A DNA stretch of 64,000 bases from Verrucomicrobiota bacterium (GCA_050011195.1 JBEKJO010000002.1:3288-67287), one strand, 5' to 3'. Positions 39,759-53,609 are shown, numbered from the stretch's first letter. Made by a program: numbers and translations. Notes: a model not told the origin generated them from the letters alone.

Positions 39759-39836
39759 GTAGCCGCCGACGGGAGTCGGCGCACTTTTCCTCAGTCGCAA
39801 AAAACCGGCGCCGCCGTCGTCGGCTACGATTTCTTG
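39759..39836. repeat. GC-rich hairpin element, family A copy 2
   Basis: gtagccgccgacgggagtcggcgc ... ggcgccgccgtcgtcggctac, with a CTCAGTC-containing loop. Same architecture as 2437-2495. Confidence 0.7.
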
Positions 39837-39905
39837 AATCCGCCCCCCCGGGCGCAGGGCGGTTTTTCCTTTCGGCAGCCGGCCCCGCCCTGTTATAAGC
39901 AAGAA

Positions 39906-40664
39906 ATGAAAATACCGCGCATGTTCTTCACGTTCGGCTGCCTGTTGGGTTTGCTCCTCTCGTCGTTGCCCCTGGCGGCCGGTTCACCCAAGGCGTTGCC
40001 CCACAAGATCCGCGTGCTGGTCGTGACGGGCGGACATCCGTTCGAGAAGGAGCCGTTCTTCAAGCTGTTCCAGGATAACCCCGATATTACTTACCAGGCG
40101 GTCGAGCATCCCAACGCGCACGCGCTGCTCAAAGCCGAGGCCGCCAAACAATACGATGTGATCGTGACGTATGACTACAATCAGAAGATCACCGAGGAAG
40201 CGAAGGCGGATTTTGTGGCGCGGCTTAAGGACGGGAAGGGGTTGGTGGTCTTGCACCACGCCATCGCCACGTACCCGACCTGGCCGGAATACTGGAATAT
40301 CATCGGCGCGCACTACTACCTCGCGAAGACCAACATTAACGGCGTGGAAAAGCCGCGCTCAGCGTACAAGCACGGGATGGACTTCCGAATCCACGTCGCG
40401 GATGCGCGGCATCCGGTGACCCGGGGAATGACCGATTTCGACATGCACGACGAGACCTACAAGTGGTTCGACGTGGCCAGGGAATGCCACCCGCTGCTGA
40501 CCACGGATGAGCCTGAAAGCAACCAAGTAATCGCCTGGGCCAAGACTTACAAAGGCGCGCGGGTGGTTTATATCCAGTCCGGCCACGACCATACCGCCTA
40601 CGAGAACCCCAACTACCAGCAATTCCTCCGGCAGGCCATTCGTTGGACCGCGCGCAAAGGTTGA
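39906..40664 (+). CDS. ThuA (trehalose utilisation) domain protein, secreted
   Basis: Signal peptide from ATG 39906. IRVLVVTGGHPFE...GLVVLHHAIA...HDETY, the ThuA pattern. Confidence 0.85.
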   Translation: MKIPRMFFTFGCLLGLLLSSLPLAAGSPKALPHKIRVLVVTGGHPFEKEPFFKLFQDNPDITYQAVEHPNAHALLKAEAAKQYDVIVTYDYNQKITEEAKADFVARLKDGKGLVVLHHAIATYPTWPEYWNIIGAHYYLAKTNINGVEKPRSAYKHGMDFRIHVADARHPVTRGMTDFDMHDETYKWFDVARECHPLLTTDEPESNQVIAWAKTYKGARVVYIQSGHDHTAYENPNYQQFLRQAIRWTARKG

Positions 40665-40685
40665 GAATCGGAGGGGGCGTCACAT

Positions 40686-40792
40686 GAGTTAAATCGGTTA
40701 AATCGGTTAAATAAGGAAGACCCAGTGCGGGCTTGGCCCATTTAACCCATTTAACTCATTTAACTCATTTAACCCATGTAGCCCATTTAACC
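40686..40792. repeat. Family E 9-nt-period inverted element (GAGTTAAAT / CATTTAACC arms), intergenic
   Basis: Left arm gagttaaatcggttaaatcggttaaata (40686-40713). Right arm ccatttaacccatttaactcatttaactcatttaacccatgtagcccatttaacc (40738-40792). Confidence 0.85.
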
Positions 40793-40804
40793 TCCTTGAC
40801 TGTC

Positions 40805-41569
40805 ATGTTTTACAAGGTCATTGCCTGCGAAATCGCCTTTCGCGAACTCTGCTACGCCGCCGCCCGGTCGCGGAACCTCATTGACCTGGAGTTCCTCACG
40901 CAGGGATACCATGACATCCCGGTCACGGGCCGCGCGGAGATTCAGAAGCGCATCGACGCGGTGCCCGCCGGCAGATATGACGCCATCCTGCTCGGCTACG
41001 GCCTGTGCAGCAGCATCCTCGCGGGACTGACCACGGCGCATACGCCGCTGGTCATTCCGCGCGCGCACGATTGCATTACCTTCTTTCTCGGGTCGAAGGA
41101 GCGCTACCGGGAATGTTTTGATGCGAAGCCCGGCACGTATTACTACACGTCAGGCTGGCTCGAGTGCGCCAAACGTCGTGGCAGCACGGGACCCATCTGG
41201 GGCGGCGCCTCCCTGCCCGCCGGCGCCAACGCGAGCCTCAAAGCGACCTACGAGCAGTGGGTGCGGAAATACGGTGAGGACCAAGCCAAGTATCTGCTGG
41301 AAGAGATGAGCCGGTGGACCGACTCCTACTCGCACGGGACACTCATCACCTTCGACTTTGTCAAACATCTCAAGCTGCAGGAGCAGGTGCGGCAGATCTG
41401 CGCGGAGCGCGGCTGGCAATACGACGAGATTCAAGGCGATCTGGGCTTGTTCCACAAACTGCTCGACGGCGAGTGGCCGGAGCCTGATTTCCTCGTCGTG
41501 CGCCCCGGACAAAAGGTCTTTGCCACGAATGACGAGCAAGTGATTGGGGTCCAGCCGGCCGGAACCTGA
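40805..41569 (+). CDS. DUF1638 domain protein
   Basis: YDAILLGYGLCS...VIPRAHDCITFFLGS pattern. Start at ATG 40805, downstream of the repeat. Confidence 0.72.
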   Translation: MFYKVIACEIAFRELCYAAARSRNLIDLEFLTQGYHDIPVTGRAEIQKRIDAVPAGRYDAILLGYGLCSSILAGLTTAHTPLVIPRAHDCITFFLGSKERYRECFDAKPGTYYYTSGWLECAKRRGSTGPIWGGASLPAGANASLKATYEQWVRKYGEDQAKYLLEEMSRWTDSYSHGTLITFDFVKHLKLQEQVRQICAERGWQYDEIQGDLGLFHKLLDGEWPEPDFLVVRPGQKVFATNDEQVIGVQPAGT

Positions 41570-41685
41570 GCGCTAAGGGAACAGCGAACACGCGACTACG
41601 CGAAGCCGCAACGTGCCGGTATCTTGCAGGCACGCGCGGGCCGCGTGTGACGCGGGGAAGATCACTCGGTCAAGGAGAGTCGGCT

Positions 41686-43806
41686 TCAGTTCAGCTTGCT
41701 GTAACTGATTACGGCGGCAGCGGGTGAGGCGGGAATCTCGACCCGCAGGCCCTTGTCCATCAGGTCGCTGCCGGTGAATTCCCGTCGGGCGGCGGGGTCG
41801 TCCAGGGTAATTACGGCATAACGTGCTTTCGGTTCCAGTCCCCGCAGCTTGAAGCGAGCCGATTCGTAGAAGCTGTTCTGCCGCCGAAAGGCCTGGACCA
41901 TGCCTTCGCCCTGTTCCGGGCGGTCGAATTGCCAGGCGATCCAGACCTGGTCGTCGCGGCTCCAGGGCGTGAGCGGATAAAAGTCGCCGTAGTAGTTCGG
42001 GCTCAGCTCCCGCCACTGGCCGATGAGCCGGCGCAGGGCCGCGTAATCGATCTCCCGCACGCGCAGGTCAATGCCCAAGCCGAGGCTGGGACTCACGTTG
42101 CTCCAGAAGGCATAAGGTTCGACCGGCGTGAACCCGCTGCCGTAGTAAGGCGCGTTGCGCGCCGCCAGGGTGCCGGTGCCGTGATACGGGAGCCAGAGCG
42201 AGATGCCGTAAGTCATGCACTGGTGGCCAATGGCTTCAAAGGCGTAGTCGCTGCGCCAGAGCGGCACGGCCCGCCGCATGGTTTCCAAATCGTTGCGCCG
42301 GCCGCCCGAAGCGCACGAATCAATTAGCAGGTTCGGGTGCCGGCGGCGCAGTTCATCCCAGAAGGCGAGATAGCCGGTGACGTGTTTGACTTCAGTAATG
42401 CCCTGGCGGTCAGGCGCGTCATTTTTGCGCCAGGCATCGAGCGGGTCCATGTTGAAATCCTGCCGATAGAGGTCAATGCCTTGCGCGGTCAAAAGCTGGT
42501 CGATGTGCTCGGTCAGCCAGGCGCGCGCCTCATCATTGCCCAGGTTCAACAACCCGCCGTTCGCCCCGCCGAGCACCCATTCGGGATGGTTTCGGGTCAG
42601 CCAGGTGTCGGCGGTGACGCGTTCCGGCTCGAACCAAACCAGGATTCTTATCCCGTTCTTATGGGCGTAATCGGAGACCGCCCGCAAACCGCGCGGGAAA
42701 CGGTTGGTGTCCACTTCCCAGGTCCCCACGCGCGGCCAGCCGCCGCCGTGGTGGTTGTACCAGCCGGCATCCATCCACCAGTAATCGAGCTGGATGCGTT
42801 CCTCGAGGTAACGGTCAATGAACATGACTTGGTTCGTCTCGTTCGCCTTGATCATCTCCTCGTATTGGCGCGAACTGGAGGCGACAAGTTGCGGCGGGGG
42901 CAATTTGCCGCCCGGCCGGGGCATCGAGTGGGCCATCATCCAGCGGCGCCAGACGTTCTGCGCGCGAATCCAGTCACCCTTCCAGAACTGCAGGACGATC
43001 AGCGGGCTGCGGACCTCTTCGCCGGGCAGCAGCTTGAAATGGGTCAGCTCCTGGCCTGCGCGCAGGTGCAAACCGCGCCCGTCGTCGCGCGCCAACTCCG
43101 CCGCCCACTGCCCCGGCCAGCCGACGGCGACGATGAGGCCCTGCCCGGGCCATTCGAGGTTGAAATAGGACCAGTCGGAGTTGGTGGGCCGGCCGCCGGC
43201 GGCGCCGATGCGCTTGGTAGCGCGAGGCCCAAGCGGCGTTTCCAGCGGACCGTAGTCGCTCCCGTTGGCCGGCGAGCCGATGTTGTGATGCAGCAGGAAC
43301 TCGCCGCTGGCGCCGCGCTCCAGGCCGAGGTCCAGCGCCCGGATGTTTTCGAGAATCGGCGTGTCGTTGGTGCCGGTGTTCTTGAAATAGAGCGTCCATT
43401 CGACGGTCGGGAAATCGTGATACTCGACGGCGACGCAGCGGACTTGCAATCTGGTTTTGGGGTCGGTCCAGGTCAAAGTATGCTCGGTCTGGCTTTGGCC
43501 GCGTTCGCGCGAGCTTCGCTCCAACTGCCACTCCTTCAGCAATTCGCCCGATGCCCGGCCATCGTAGTTGAATGAGAACGGCGTGGTGCCCGCGTACGAC
43601 GCCCGTTGCGAGGTGGATGACGCGGACTGAGGTTGCGGGGCCTCTTGGCGCCCTTCGAAGCTGGCAGCGGCCCATTGGCGGGCCTCAGAGAGTTCATCGG
43701 GCGCCGGCACCACGCCCATCGCCAGCGGCACAACCAGCAGAACCGCGACCAGCAAAGGAGACCGGAAGGAAAGACAAATGTTCATGGAGCCCGGCTTCGA
43801 TTTCAT
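41686..43806 (-). CDS. GH36-like glycoside hydrolase (putative alpha-galactosidase family)
   Basis: [26 protein letters not shown] and [11 protein letters not shown] resemble the GH36 catalytic-domain motifs KWDMN and CSGGGGR. Start is ATG 43806 or 43785. Confidence 0.68.
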   Translation of the reverse strand: MKSKPGSMNICLSFRSPLLVAVLLVVPLAMGVVPAPDELSEARQWAAASFEGRQEAPQPQSASSTSQRASYAGTTPFSFNYDGRASGELLKEWQLERSSRERGQSQTEHTLTWTDPKTRLQVRCVAVEYHDFPTVEWTLYFKNTGTNDTPILENIRALDLGLERGASGEFLLHHNIGSPANGSDYGPLETPLGPRATKRIGAAGGRPTNSDWSYFNLEWPGQGLIVAVGWPGQWAAELARDDGRGLHLRAGQELTHFKLLPGEEVRSPLIVLQFWKGDWIRAQNVWRRWMMAHSMPRPGGKLPPPQLVASSSRQYEEMIKANETNQVMFIDRYLEERIQLDYWWMDAGWYNHHGGGWPRVGTWEVDTNRFPRGLRAVSDYAHKNGIRILVWFEPERVTADTWLTRNHPEWVLGGANGGLLNLGNDEARAWLTEHIDQLLTAQGIDLYRQDFNMDPLDAWRKNDAPDRQGITEVKHVTGYLAFWDELRRRHPNLLIDSCASGGRRNDLETMRRAVPLWRSDYAFEAIGHQCMTYGISLWLPYHGTGTLAARNAPYYGSGFTPVEPYAFWSNVSPSLGLGIDLRVREIDYAALRRLIGQWRELSPNYYGDFYPLTPWSRDDQVWIAWQFDRPEQGEGMVQAFRRQNSFYESARFKLRGLEPKARYAVITLDDPAARREFTGSDLMDKGLRVEIPASPAAAVISYSKLN

Positions 43807-43885
43807 AAGCTGTGCGCAGTTGACTGTGCGGCGGCATTTTGCAACGCTCCTGCCGCCTTGCACAACAACGAAAAGCCTTAAAGCC

Positions 43886-44728
43886 GTGGACATCAAGAAA
43901 GCCATCATCACCGCCGCTGGCAAAACTCAGCGGACACTTCCTTTGCAAACCCTGGTGGACCGGGACGGCGTCACCAAGACGGCGCTGCGGATTCTCATCG
44001 AGGAAATCCTGTCAGCCGGCATCGAGGAAATCTGCGTGGTCGTCTGCCCGGGAGACCAGGCCGCTTACGCCGCCGCCGCCGGCGGGCAGGGCGGGCGGCT
44101 TCGGTTCGTCGAACAGAGCGCCGCCCTCGGCTACGGGCACGCGGTTGCTTGCGCGCGTGAATTCGCGGGCGGCGGTCCTTTCCTGCTGCTGGTCGGCGAC
44201 CATCTTTACGTCAGCGGCCGCAAGCGCGCCGCGCAACAACTGGTCGAGATCGCCGGGGCGGAGAATTGCGCCGTCTCCGCGGTGCAAGCGACGCACGAGA
44301 GCAAGCTGCCTTACTACGGGACGATTGGCGGGCGTCTCGCCGCCGGGCGCAAAGGTTTGTATGAGATCTCGGAAGTGCTCGAGAAGCCCACTCCCACCGA
44401 GGCCGAGCAAAGGCTCATCGTCCCCGGGCTGCGGGCCGGCCACTACCTTTGTTTCTTCGGCATGCACGTGCTGACGCCGGCGGTCATGGAGCTGCTCGAA
44501 GGGGAGGTCGCGCGGGCGGGCAAGGGGGGCGCGCATCTGACGACCGCCCTGGCCCGGCTCGCCAAACGCGAACGGTACCTGGCCTGCGAGCTGGAGGCGC
44601 ATCGCTACGACATCGGCGTCAAGTACGGATTCCTCACGGCCCAACTGGCCCTGGCGCTCGACGGCCAGGACCGCGACGAAGTGCTGAACGGCCTGGTGGA
44701 ACTGTTGGCGCGGCGGGGAGTCAAATGA
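43886..44728 (+). CDS. Sugar-phosphate nucleotidyltransferase (GalU-like)
   Basis: [19 protein letters not shown]-terminal nucleotide-binding loop, [18 protein letters not shown] start at 43886. Confidence 0.72.
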   Translation: MDIKKAIITAAGKTQRTLPLQTLVDRDGVTKTALRILIEEILSAGIEEICVVVCPGDQAAYAAAAGGQGGRLRFVEQSAALGYGHAVACAREFAGGGPFLLLVGDHLYVSGRKRAAQQLVEIAGAENCAVSAVQATHESKLPYYGTIGGRLAAGRKGLYEISEVLEKPTPTEAEQRLIVPGLRAGHYLCFFGMHVLTPAVMELLEGEVARAGKGGAHLTTALARLAKRERYLACELEAHRYDIGVKYGFLTAQLALALDGQDRDEVLNGLVELLARRGVK

Positions 44729-44743
44729 GGGGAGCCGGTGAAA

Positions 44744-44793
44744 CCGTTAAATGGGTTAAATGAGTTAAAGGGGTTACAGGGGTTAAATGGGTT
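44744..44793. repeat. Family E 9-nt-period repeat, single arm, intergenic
   Basis: ccgttaaatgggttaaatgagttaaaggggttacaggggttaaatgggtt read directly. Confidence 0.8.
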
Positions 44794-44813
44794 ATTCTGA
44801 CATTCCACATGCT

Positions 44814-48164
<3,351 letters not shown>

Positions 48165-48229
48165 ACTGAAACCAGGTTCGCCCGAACCACAGACTTGCGC
48201 GAAGCGGATTCCTGTGGATAACTGAAGGC

Positions 48230-48427
48230 ATGAACGCACAGGAAGTTATTGAGCAGATCAAACACTTGCCGCTGGCCGAGCGGGCACAGGTGACCAAGTT
48301 CGTCGTGGAAAGCGACGATTCCTGGATTCCCGAGGAGTTCAAGCAAGCCATGCAGGATGCCAAGGAAGGGCGTTTCATTGACATGGAAACCGCCCTCCAC
48401 GAGACACCGCCTCCCCGCCTGCGATGA
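48230..48427 (+). CDS. Putative antitoxin (addiction-module-component-like)
   Basis: 65 aa. The N-terminal IEQIKHLPLAERAQV resembles the N-terminus of the antitoxin at 61350-61604. Its stop overlaps an ATG (ATGA). Confidence 0.5.
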   Translation: MNAQEVIEQIKHLPLAERAQVTKFVVESDDSWIPEEFKQAMQDAKEGRFIDMETALHETPPPRLR

Positions 48428-48522
48428 AATACCGCTTCCGCGCGGTTGAGCGGTTTAGATTAAGCGATTGCCCGGCATTCATTGCCCGTTTTGTCTCGAC
48501 ACGAGGCCCGGCAGCGGCATAA
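48424..48522 (+). pseudogene. Possible 5' stub of a cognate toxin gene
   Basis: ATG overlaps the antitoxin stop. The 32-codon frame (MKYRFRAVERF...) ends inside sequence that belongs to the duplicated SBBP leader. Confidence 0.25.
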
Positions 48523-48622
48523 TGGCTGCCACGATGGTGAGAAACACGACCACCAACGCGGACACCGCTTCCAATGGACGGATAATCCAGGCAAGCAGCG
48601 ATTCGACCAAAGGGACAACCCC
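48482..48622 (+). promoter_or_regulatory. Conserved 5' leader/promoter region of SBBP gene 1
   Basis: About 85% identical by eye to 50251-50394. Contains CATAAT (48518-48523) and AAGGGA upstream of the ATG. Confidence 0.4.
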
Positions 48623-50170
48623 ATGAAAACAACCTCGCGAAAGCTCGCAGTGGCTTGGCCGCTGGTGATATTCCTCCTGCTCCCGGCACTCGCGCGCGCC
48701 GAAACCGCCGTCCAAGCCTGGGTCCAACGCTACAACAGGCTTGGAAACAGCGATGACCGGGCCTACGCCGTGGCGGTGGACGGCAATAACGACGTGATCG
48801 TGACGGGGTTTTCGGGGCAGGGCCCAGGCTCTGCGGATTACGTGACGATCAAGTATTCGAGCGGGGGCGTGCCGCTCTGGACCAACTACTACAACGGACC
48901 GGGGAACGACAATGACGAAGCTACCGCCGTGGCGGTGGACGGAAGCAACAACGTGGTCGTGACCGGGTATTCCTTGGGGAACGGAAGCTCTGACGACTAC
49001 GCGACGATTAAATATTCAGGCGCGGGTGTGCCGCTCTGGACCAACCGCTACAATGGGCCGGGCAACGGCGCTGACGTTGCCACCGCCGTGGCGGTGGATG
49101 GCAGCAACAACGTCATCGTGACAGGGTATTCGACTGGCAGTGGCAGCGGTTACGATTACGCGACGATCGAGTATTCGAGCGCGGGGGTGCCGCTCTGGAC
49201 CAACCGCTACCCCAACGGCTCCTCCTACGCCCTGGCGGTGGACGGCAGCAATAACGTGATCGTGACGGGCACTTCTGGTGGCGGCTACGCGACCATCAAG
49301 TATTCGAGCGCGGGCGTGCTGCTCTGGATCAACCGCTACAACGGGCCAGGGGGCAATGACTACGCCAACGCCGTGGCGGTGGACGGCAGCAACAACGTGG
49401 TCGTCACGGGGTGGTCCACTGGCAGCGGAAGCTATTCGGATTACGCGACGATCAAGTATTCGAGCGCGGGGATGCCGCTCTGGACCAACCGCTACCACGG
49501 GCCGGGGAACTACTATGACAGCGCCACCGCCATGGCGGTGGATGGCAGCAACAACGTCATCGTGACGGGAACTTCCTACGACACCGAAAGCTCTGAAGAT
49601 TACGCGACGCTCAAGTATTCGAGCGATGGGGCGCCGCTCTGGACCAACCGCTACAACGGGCCGGTGGGCTACGATAACTACGCCAGAGCCATGGCAGTGG
49701 ACGGGAGCAACAACGTGATCGTAACGGGGCAATCCCTTGGCGCCGTAGGCTATTACGATTACGCAACGATCAAATATTCGAGCGCCGGGGTGCCGCTCTG
49801 GACCAACCGCTACAATGGGCCGGGGAACAACATTGACACTGCCAACGCCGTGGCGGTGGACCGCAGCGGCAACGTGATCGTGACGGGGCAGTCGACTGGC
49901 AGCGGGAGTGGTTACGACTTTGCCACCGTGAAATACGTCTGCGTCGTCCCGTCGCCGGTGGTGACCGGCCTGCAACTGACCAACGGCACATTCCAGATGC
50001 GGGTGGACGATGTGTTGCAGGCCTGCACGGTAGTAATCGAGGCCTGCACGAACCTGGCGGGTTGGGCGCCGGTCTTTACCAACACCACACCCACCAATGT
50101 GCTGTTCTACACCGACCCGGATGCCGGCAACTACCCCTGGCGGTTTTACCGGGCGTTCCAATCCCCGTAA
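48623..50170 (+). CDS. Secreted SBBP (beta-propeller) repeat protein with C-terminal RFYRA domain
   Basis: Signal peptide. About 8 repeats of YNGPGN..D.A.AVAVDGSNNV.VTGYS....DYATIKYSSAGVPLWTN. Ends ...CTNLAGWAPVFTN...WRFYRAFQSP. Confidence 0.85.
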   Translation: MKTTSRKLAVAWPLVIFLLLPALARAETAVQAWVQRYNRLGNSDDRAYAVAVDGNNDVIVTGFSGQGPGSADYVTIKYSSGGVPLWTNYYNGPGNDNDEATAVAVDGSNNVVVTGYSLGNGSSDDYATIKYSGAGVPLWTNRYNGPGNGADVATAVAVDGSNNVIVTGYSTGSGSGYDYATIEYSSAGVPLWTNRYPNGSSYALAVDGSNNVIVTGTSGGGYATIKYSSAGVLLWINRYNGPGGNDYANAVAVDGSNNVVVTGWSTGSGSYSDYATIKYSSAGMPLWTNRYHGPGNYYDSATAMAVDGSNNVIVTGTSYDTESSEDYATLKYSSDGAPLWTNRYNGPVGYDNYARAMAVDGSNNVIVTGQSLGAVGYYDYATIKYSSAGVPLWTNRYNGPGNNIDTANAVAVDRSGNVIVTGQSTGSGSGYDFATVKYVCVVPSPVVTGLQLTNGTFQMRVDDVLQACTVVIEACTNLAGWAPVFTNTTPTNVLFYTDPDAGNYPWRFYRAFQSP

Positions 50171-50250
50171 ACGCGATTAAATGGCGGGTTGGCGAGTCGG
50201 CGGCGGTGGCGGGTCGGAGGACGCGCCACCGACCTGTCCAGGCAACTTCT

Positions 50251-50394
50251 TTGCCGGTTTTGTCTCGACGCGAGGCCTGGCGGGGGTATAATGGCGCAAC
50301 GATGGTGAGAAACGACCCCGAGCACCAACGTGGACCCGGCGCCCAATGGCCGGATAATCCAGGCAAACAGCGATTCGACCAAAAGGACAACCCC
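50251..50394 (+). promoter_or_regulatory. Conserved 5' leader/promoter region of SBBP gene 2
   Basis: Paralogous to 48482-48622. Perfect TATAAT at 50287-50292. Confidence 0.4.
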
Positions 50395-51975
50395 ATGAAA
50401 ACAACCTTTCGAGAGCTTACGGTGCCTTGGCCGCTGGTGATATTCCTCCTGCTCCCGGCACTGACGCACGCCGAAACCCCCGTCCAAGCCTGGGTCCAAC
50501 GCTACAACGGGCCGGGGAACGGCCTTGACGAAGCCAAAGCCGTGGCGGCGGACGGCAGCAACAACGTGATCGTGACGGGGTATTCGCTTGGCAACGGCAG
50601 CGGTAACGATTACGCAACGCTCAAGTATTCGAGCGCGGGCGTGCCGCTCTGGACCAACCGCTACAACGGGCCGGGGAACAGCGATGACTACGCCTGGGCC
50701 ATGGCGGTGGACGGCAGCAACAACGTGATCGTGACGGGGTATTCGACTGGCACCGCAACCAATTACGATTACGCGACGATCAAGTATTCGAGCGCGGGGG
50801 TGCCGCTCTGGACCAACCGCTACAACGGGCCGGGCAACGGCGATGACTATGCCTTCGCCGTGGCGGTGGACGGCAGCAACAACGTCATCGTGACGGGGTA
50901 TTCAGATAGCGGCGAATACAATTACGACTACGCGACGATCAAGTATTCGAGCGCGGGCGTGCCGCTCTGGACCGACCGTTACAACGGGCCGGGGAACGAC
51001 ACGGACTACGCCACCGCCGTGGCGGTGGACGGCAGCAACAACGTGATCGTAACGGGCTATTCGATTGGCAGCGGAACCGCTGGAGATTATGCGACGCTCA
51101 AGTATTCGAGCGCGGGCGTGCCGCTCTGGACCAACCGCTACAACGGGCCGGGGAACGGCGATGACGGCGCCACCGCCATGGCGGTGGACGGCAATAACAA
51201 CGTGATCGTGACTGGCTATTCGGATGTCAATGGATACGGAACCAATTACGATTACGCGACGCTCAAGTATTCGAGCGCGGGGGTGCCGCTCTGGACCAAC
51301 CGTTACAACGGGCCGGGGAACAGCGATGACGGCGCCACCGCCGTGGCGGTGGACGGCAGCAACAACGTGATCGTGACGGGGTATTCCTACAATGGAACGG
51401 ATTACGATTACGCGACGATCAAGTATTCGAGCGCGGGCGTACCGCTCTGGACCAACCGCTACAATGGGCCGGGGACCAGCAACGACCGAGCCACTGCTGT
51501 GGCGATGGACAGCAGCAACAACGTCATCGTGACGGGGTATTCATCCAACGGAACGAATTACGACTATGCGACGATCAAGTATTCCGGCGCAGGCGTGCCG
51601 CTCTGGACCAACCGTTACAACGGGCCGGGGAACGGCGATGACGAAGCCTCCGCCGTGGCGGTGGACCACAGCGGCAACGTGATCGTGACGGGGTATTCCT
51701 ATGGCAGCGGCAGCGGTGACGACTACGCGACGATCAAGTACGTGTTCCCGCTGGTTATTACGGACTTCAAACTGACCAACGGCACTTTCCAAGTGCGGGT
51801 GGATAACCTCCAGCCCGGCGCGCTGGAGATCCAAGCCTCCACGAACCTCTCCACCAACCTGACGGGTTGGGTGCCGCTATTGACCAACACCACGCCCACC
51901 AATGGGCTGTTCTACGCCGACCCGGATGCCGGCGACTACCCCTCGCGGTTTTACCGGGCGTTCCAATCCCCGTAA
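50395..51975 (+). CDS. Secreted SBBP (beta-propeller) repeat protein, tandem paralogue
   Basis: Same architecture as 48623-50170. Ends ...STNLSTNLTGWVPLLTN...SRFYRAFQSP. Confidence 0.85.
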   Translation: MKTTFRELTVPWPLVIFLLLPALTHAETPVQAWVQRYNGPGNGLDEAKAVAADGSNNVIVTGYSLGNGSGNDYATLKYSSAGVPLWTNRYNGPGNSDDYAWAMAVDGSNNVIVTGYSTGTATNYDYATIKYSSAGVPLWTNRYNGPGNGDDYAFAVAVDGSNNVIVTGYSDSGEYNYDYATIKYSSAGVPLWTDRYNGPGNDTDYATAVAVDGSNNVIVTGYSIGSGTAGDYATLKYSSAGVPLWTNRYNGPGNGDDGATAMAVDGNNNVIVTGYSDVNGYGTNYDYATLKYSSAGVPLWTNRYNGPGNSDDGATAVAVDGSNNVIVTGYSYNGTDYDYATIKYSSAGVPLWTNRYNGPGTSNDRATAVAMDSSNNVIVTGYSSNGTNYDYATIKYSGAGVPLWTNRYNGPGNGDDEASAVAVDHSGNVIVTGYSYGSGSGDDYATIKYVFPLVITDFKLTNGTFQVRVDNLQPGALEIQASTNLSTNLTGWVPLLTNTTPTNGLFYADPDAGDYPSRFYRAFQSP

Positions 51976-52085
51976 ACCCGTTTAGCTGGCGGGTAGGCGA
52001 GTGGGCGGCGGGGCTGGGCCGGAGGATGCGCCACGGACCTGTCTGGGCAACACGTCCCGGAGATGCGCCTGGTCGTTGGCGGCCT

Positions 52086-53609
52086 TCACTTCTGTATCTT
52101 CCTCAGATCAAACCCCGGCGGGCGCTCATAGGCGGGCACCACTGCGGCAAAGGAATCCACCCCGAGATAGTATCCGGTGGCATGATCCGATTTGCCTTTG
52201 CACTCGAAGCGCAGGACGTGGGGGCCGGATCTGAGTTTGTGCACGCCCCAGTGGTCTGACACCCGTTTGGCCTCTTGGCTGTAGAGGTCCACCACCGCCA
52301 GCTCCTCGCCGTCGAGGGTCACACGGTAGATGCCGTAATCGCAGGAGTGGATCAGCTTGCCCCAAAGATGCGCCGTGATGTCCTTGTCCAGCTTGAACGC
52401 GAACTCCACCCAGCCCCGGTCGTCCTTGGGCGTGAAGAACAGTTGTTTACCCTCCTTGGAAATGCCGGGCAGGTCCTGCACCTGGATCGGATGGTCCGAG
52501 TGTTTGGCCGTGGGCACCGCCTTCCAGCCGGTGACCAGTTGCAGCGTCCGCTCCGCCAGCCGTTCCGGTCCCGGCGGCAACGCGGGCCAGGGCTTGTGCG
52601 GCTCGATCTGATACCAGAACGCGACCGAGGACATCAGGTCGTCGCGTTCGATGAAGCCGCTGCCCGTGCCATCCGGGAAGGTCTGCGAACCCTTGTGTTC
52701 GATCTCGACGCGCAGTGATTTCTTGAAGGGCACCGGGTCGGGGACGTGGAACCGGTAGGCCGAGCCGCGATTGCCCGCCGCATAACCCTCCCAAAGCGGC
52801 ACGCCGTAGAACGGCCCGTCATGCTGGCGGAATCCCCAGCCGTCGCAGAAGTAATCCTCCGTGCCCGTGCCCCGCAGGCTCGGTTCGGCTTCGCCATCAA
52901 TAAAGAAGAAATCGTCGCCCTCGCCATACCAGCCCGCGGACATATTCTGGACGCTTTGGACGGTGCCGACGTAATGGCCGCGGCCCACGAGGTCGGCGAT
53001 GAGGTAGTTGCGGCCCATTACGCAGGGAAACTCCTGCCGATACATCGCATGGAAATACGCGGTGTCCCTGGGCAGCGACTTGTGCTTCTGCCAGTCAATA
53101 TAGTAGTAGAACGCGTTGCACCGCTTGTCGCTCTCGTTGGTCACCGTGACGCGGGCTGATTTGCGGAAGGGCATGGGCCAGTAGCAGTTCCGCCCCCGCC
53201 CATCGGACGAGACCTTGATGGGCAGCGAAACGAAGGGCTTGTCCAGTCCATGGCCGACGCCGAAGAAATCCCCAATCGGGCACTCGACGCTGGGATACTT
53301 CTCGCCATCCCAGTAAATCCGCAGCGTCAGGAGTCGCGAGTAAAAGGGCGCCGGGTGCGCGATGGTGTTCCAGAAGTGCGTGATGATGCCCGGGCCTTTG
53401 AGGTCCGTCAGCACCAGCGTGCCGCCGGGCGCAATCGGGCGCGAGTCAGCGTTCCCATTGCGCCAGTCCGGGTCGGATGACGAGGCCCGCATCGCCTCGA
53501 AATCCTTCAGCTTCTCGATCCCCGAGAGCGGGTTGCCGGGTGAAAGTTGGGCGAGCGCTTGCGCGCACAAACCGAGCGCCAGTCCGAAGGAAAGGAAGCG
53601 TGTTTTCAT
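52086..53609 (-). CDS. DUF2961 (GH172-type) domain protein, secreted
   Basis: Signal peptide. GEGDDFFFIDGE and GTGTEDYFCDGWGF are DUF2961 hallmarks. Confidence 0.82.
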   Translation of the reverse strand: MKTRFLSFGLALGLCAQALAQLSPGNPLSGIEKLKDFEAMRASSSDPDWRNGNADSRPIAPGGTLVLTDLKGPGIITHFWNTIAHPAPFYSRLLTLRIYWDGEKYPSVECPIGDFFGVGHGLDKPFVSLPIKVSSDGRGRNCYWPMPFRKSARVTVTNESDKRCNAFYYYIDWQKHKSLPRDTAYFHAMYRQEFPCVMGRNYLIADLVGRGHYVGTVQSVQNMSAGWYGEGDDFFFIDGEAEPSLRGTGTEDYFCDGWGFRQHDGPFYGVPLWEGYAAGNRGSAYRFHVPDPVPFKKSLRVEIEHKGSQTFPDGTGSGFIERDDLMSSVAFWYQIEPHKPWPALPPGPERLAERTLQLVTGWKAVPTAKHSDHPIQVQDLPGISKEGKQLFFTPKDDRGWVEFAFKLDKDITAHLWGKLIHSCDYGIYRVTLDGEELAVVDLYSQEAKRVSDHWGVHKLRSGPHVLRFECKGKSDHATGYYLGVDSFAAVVPAYERPPGFDLRKIQK

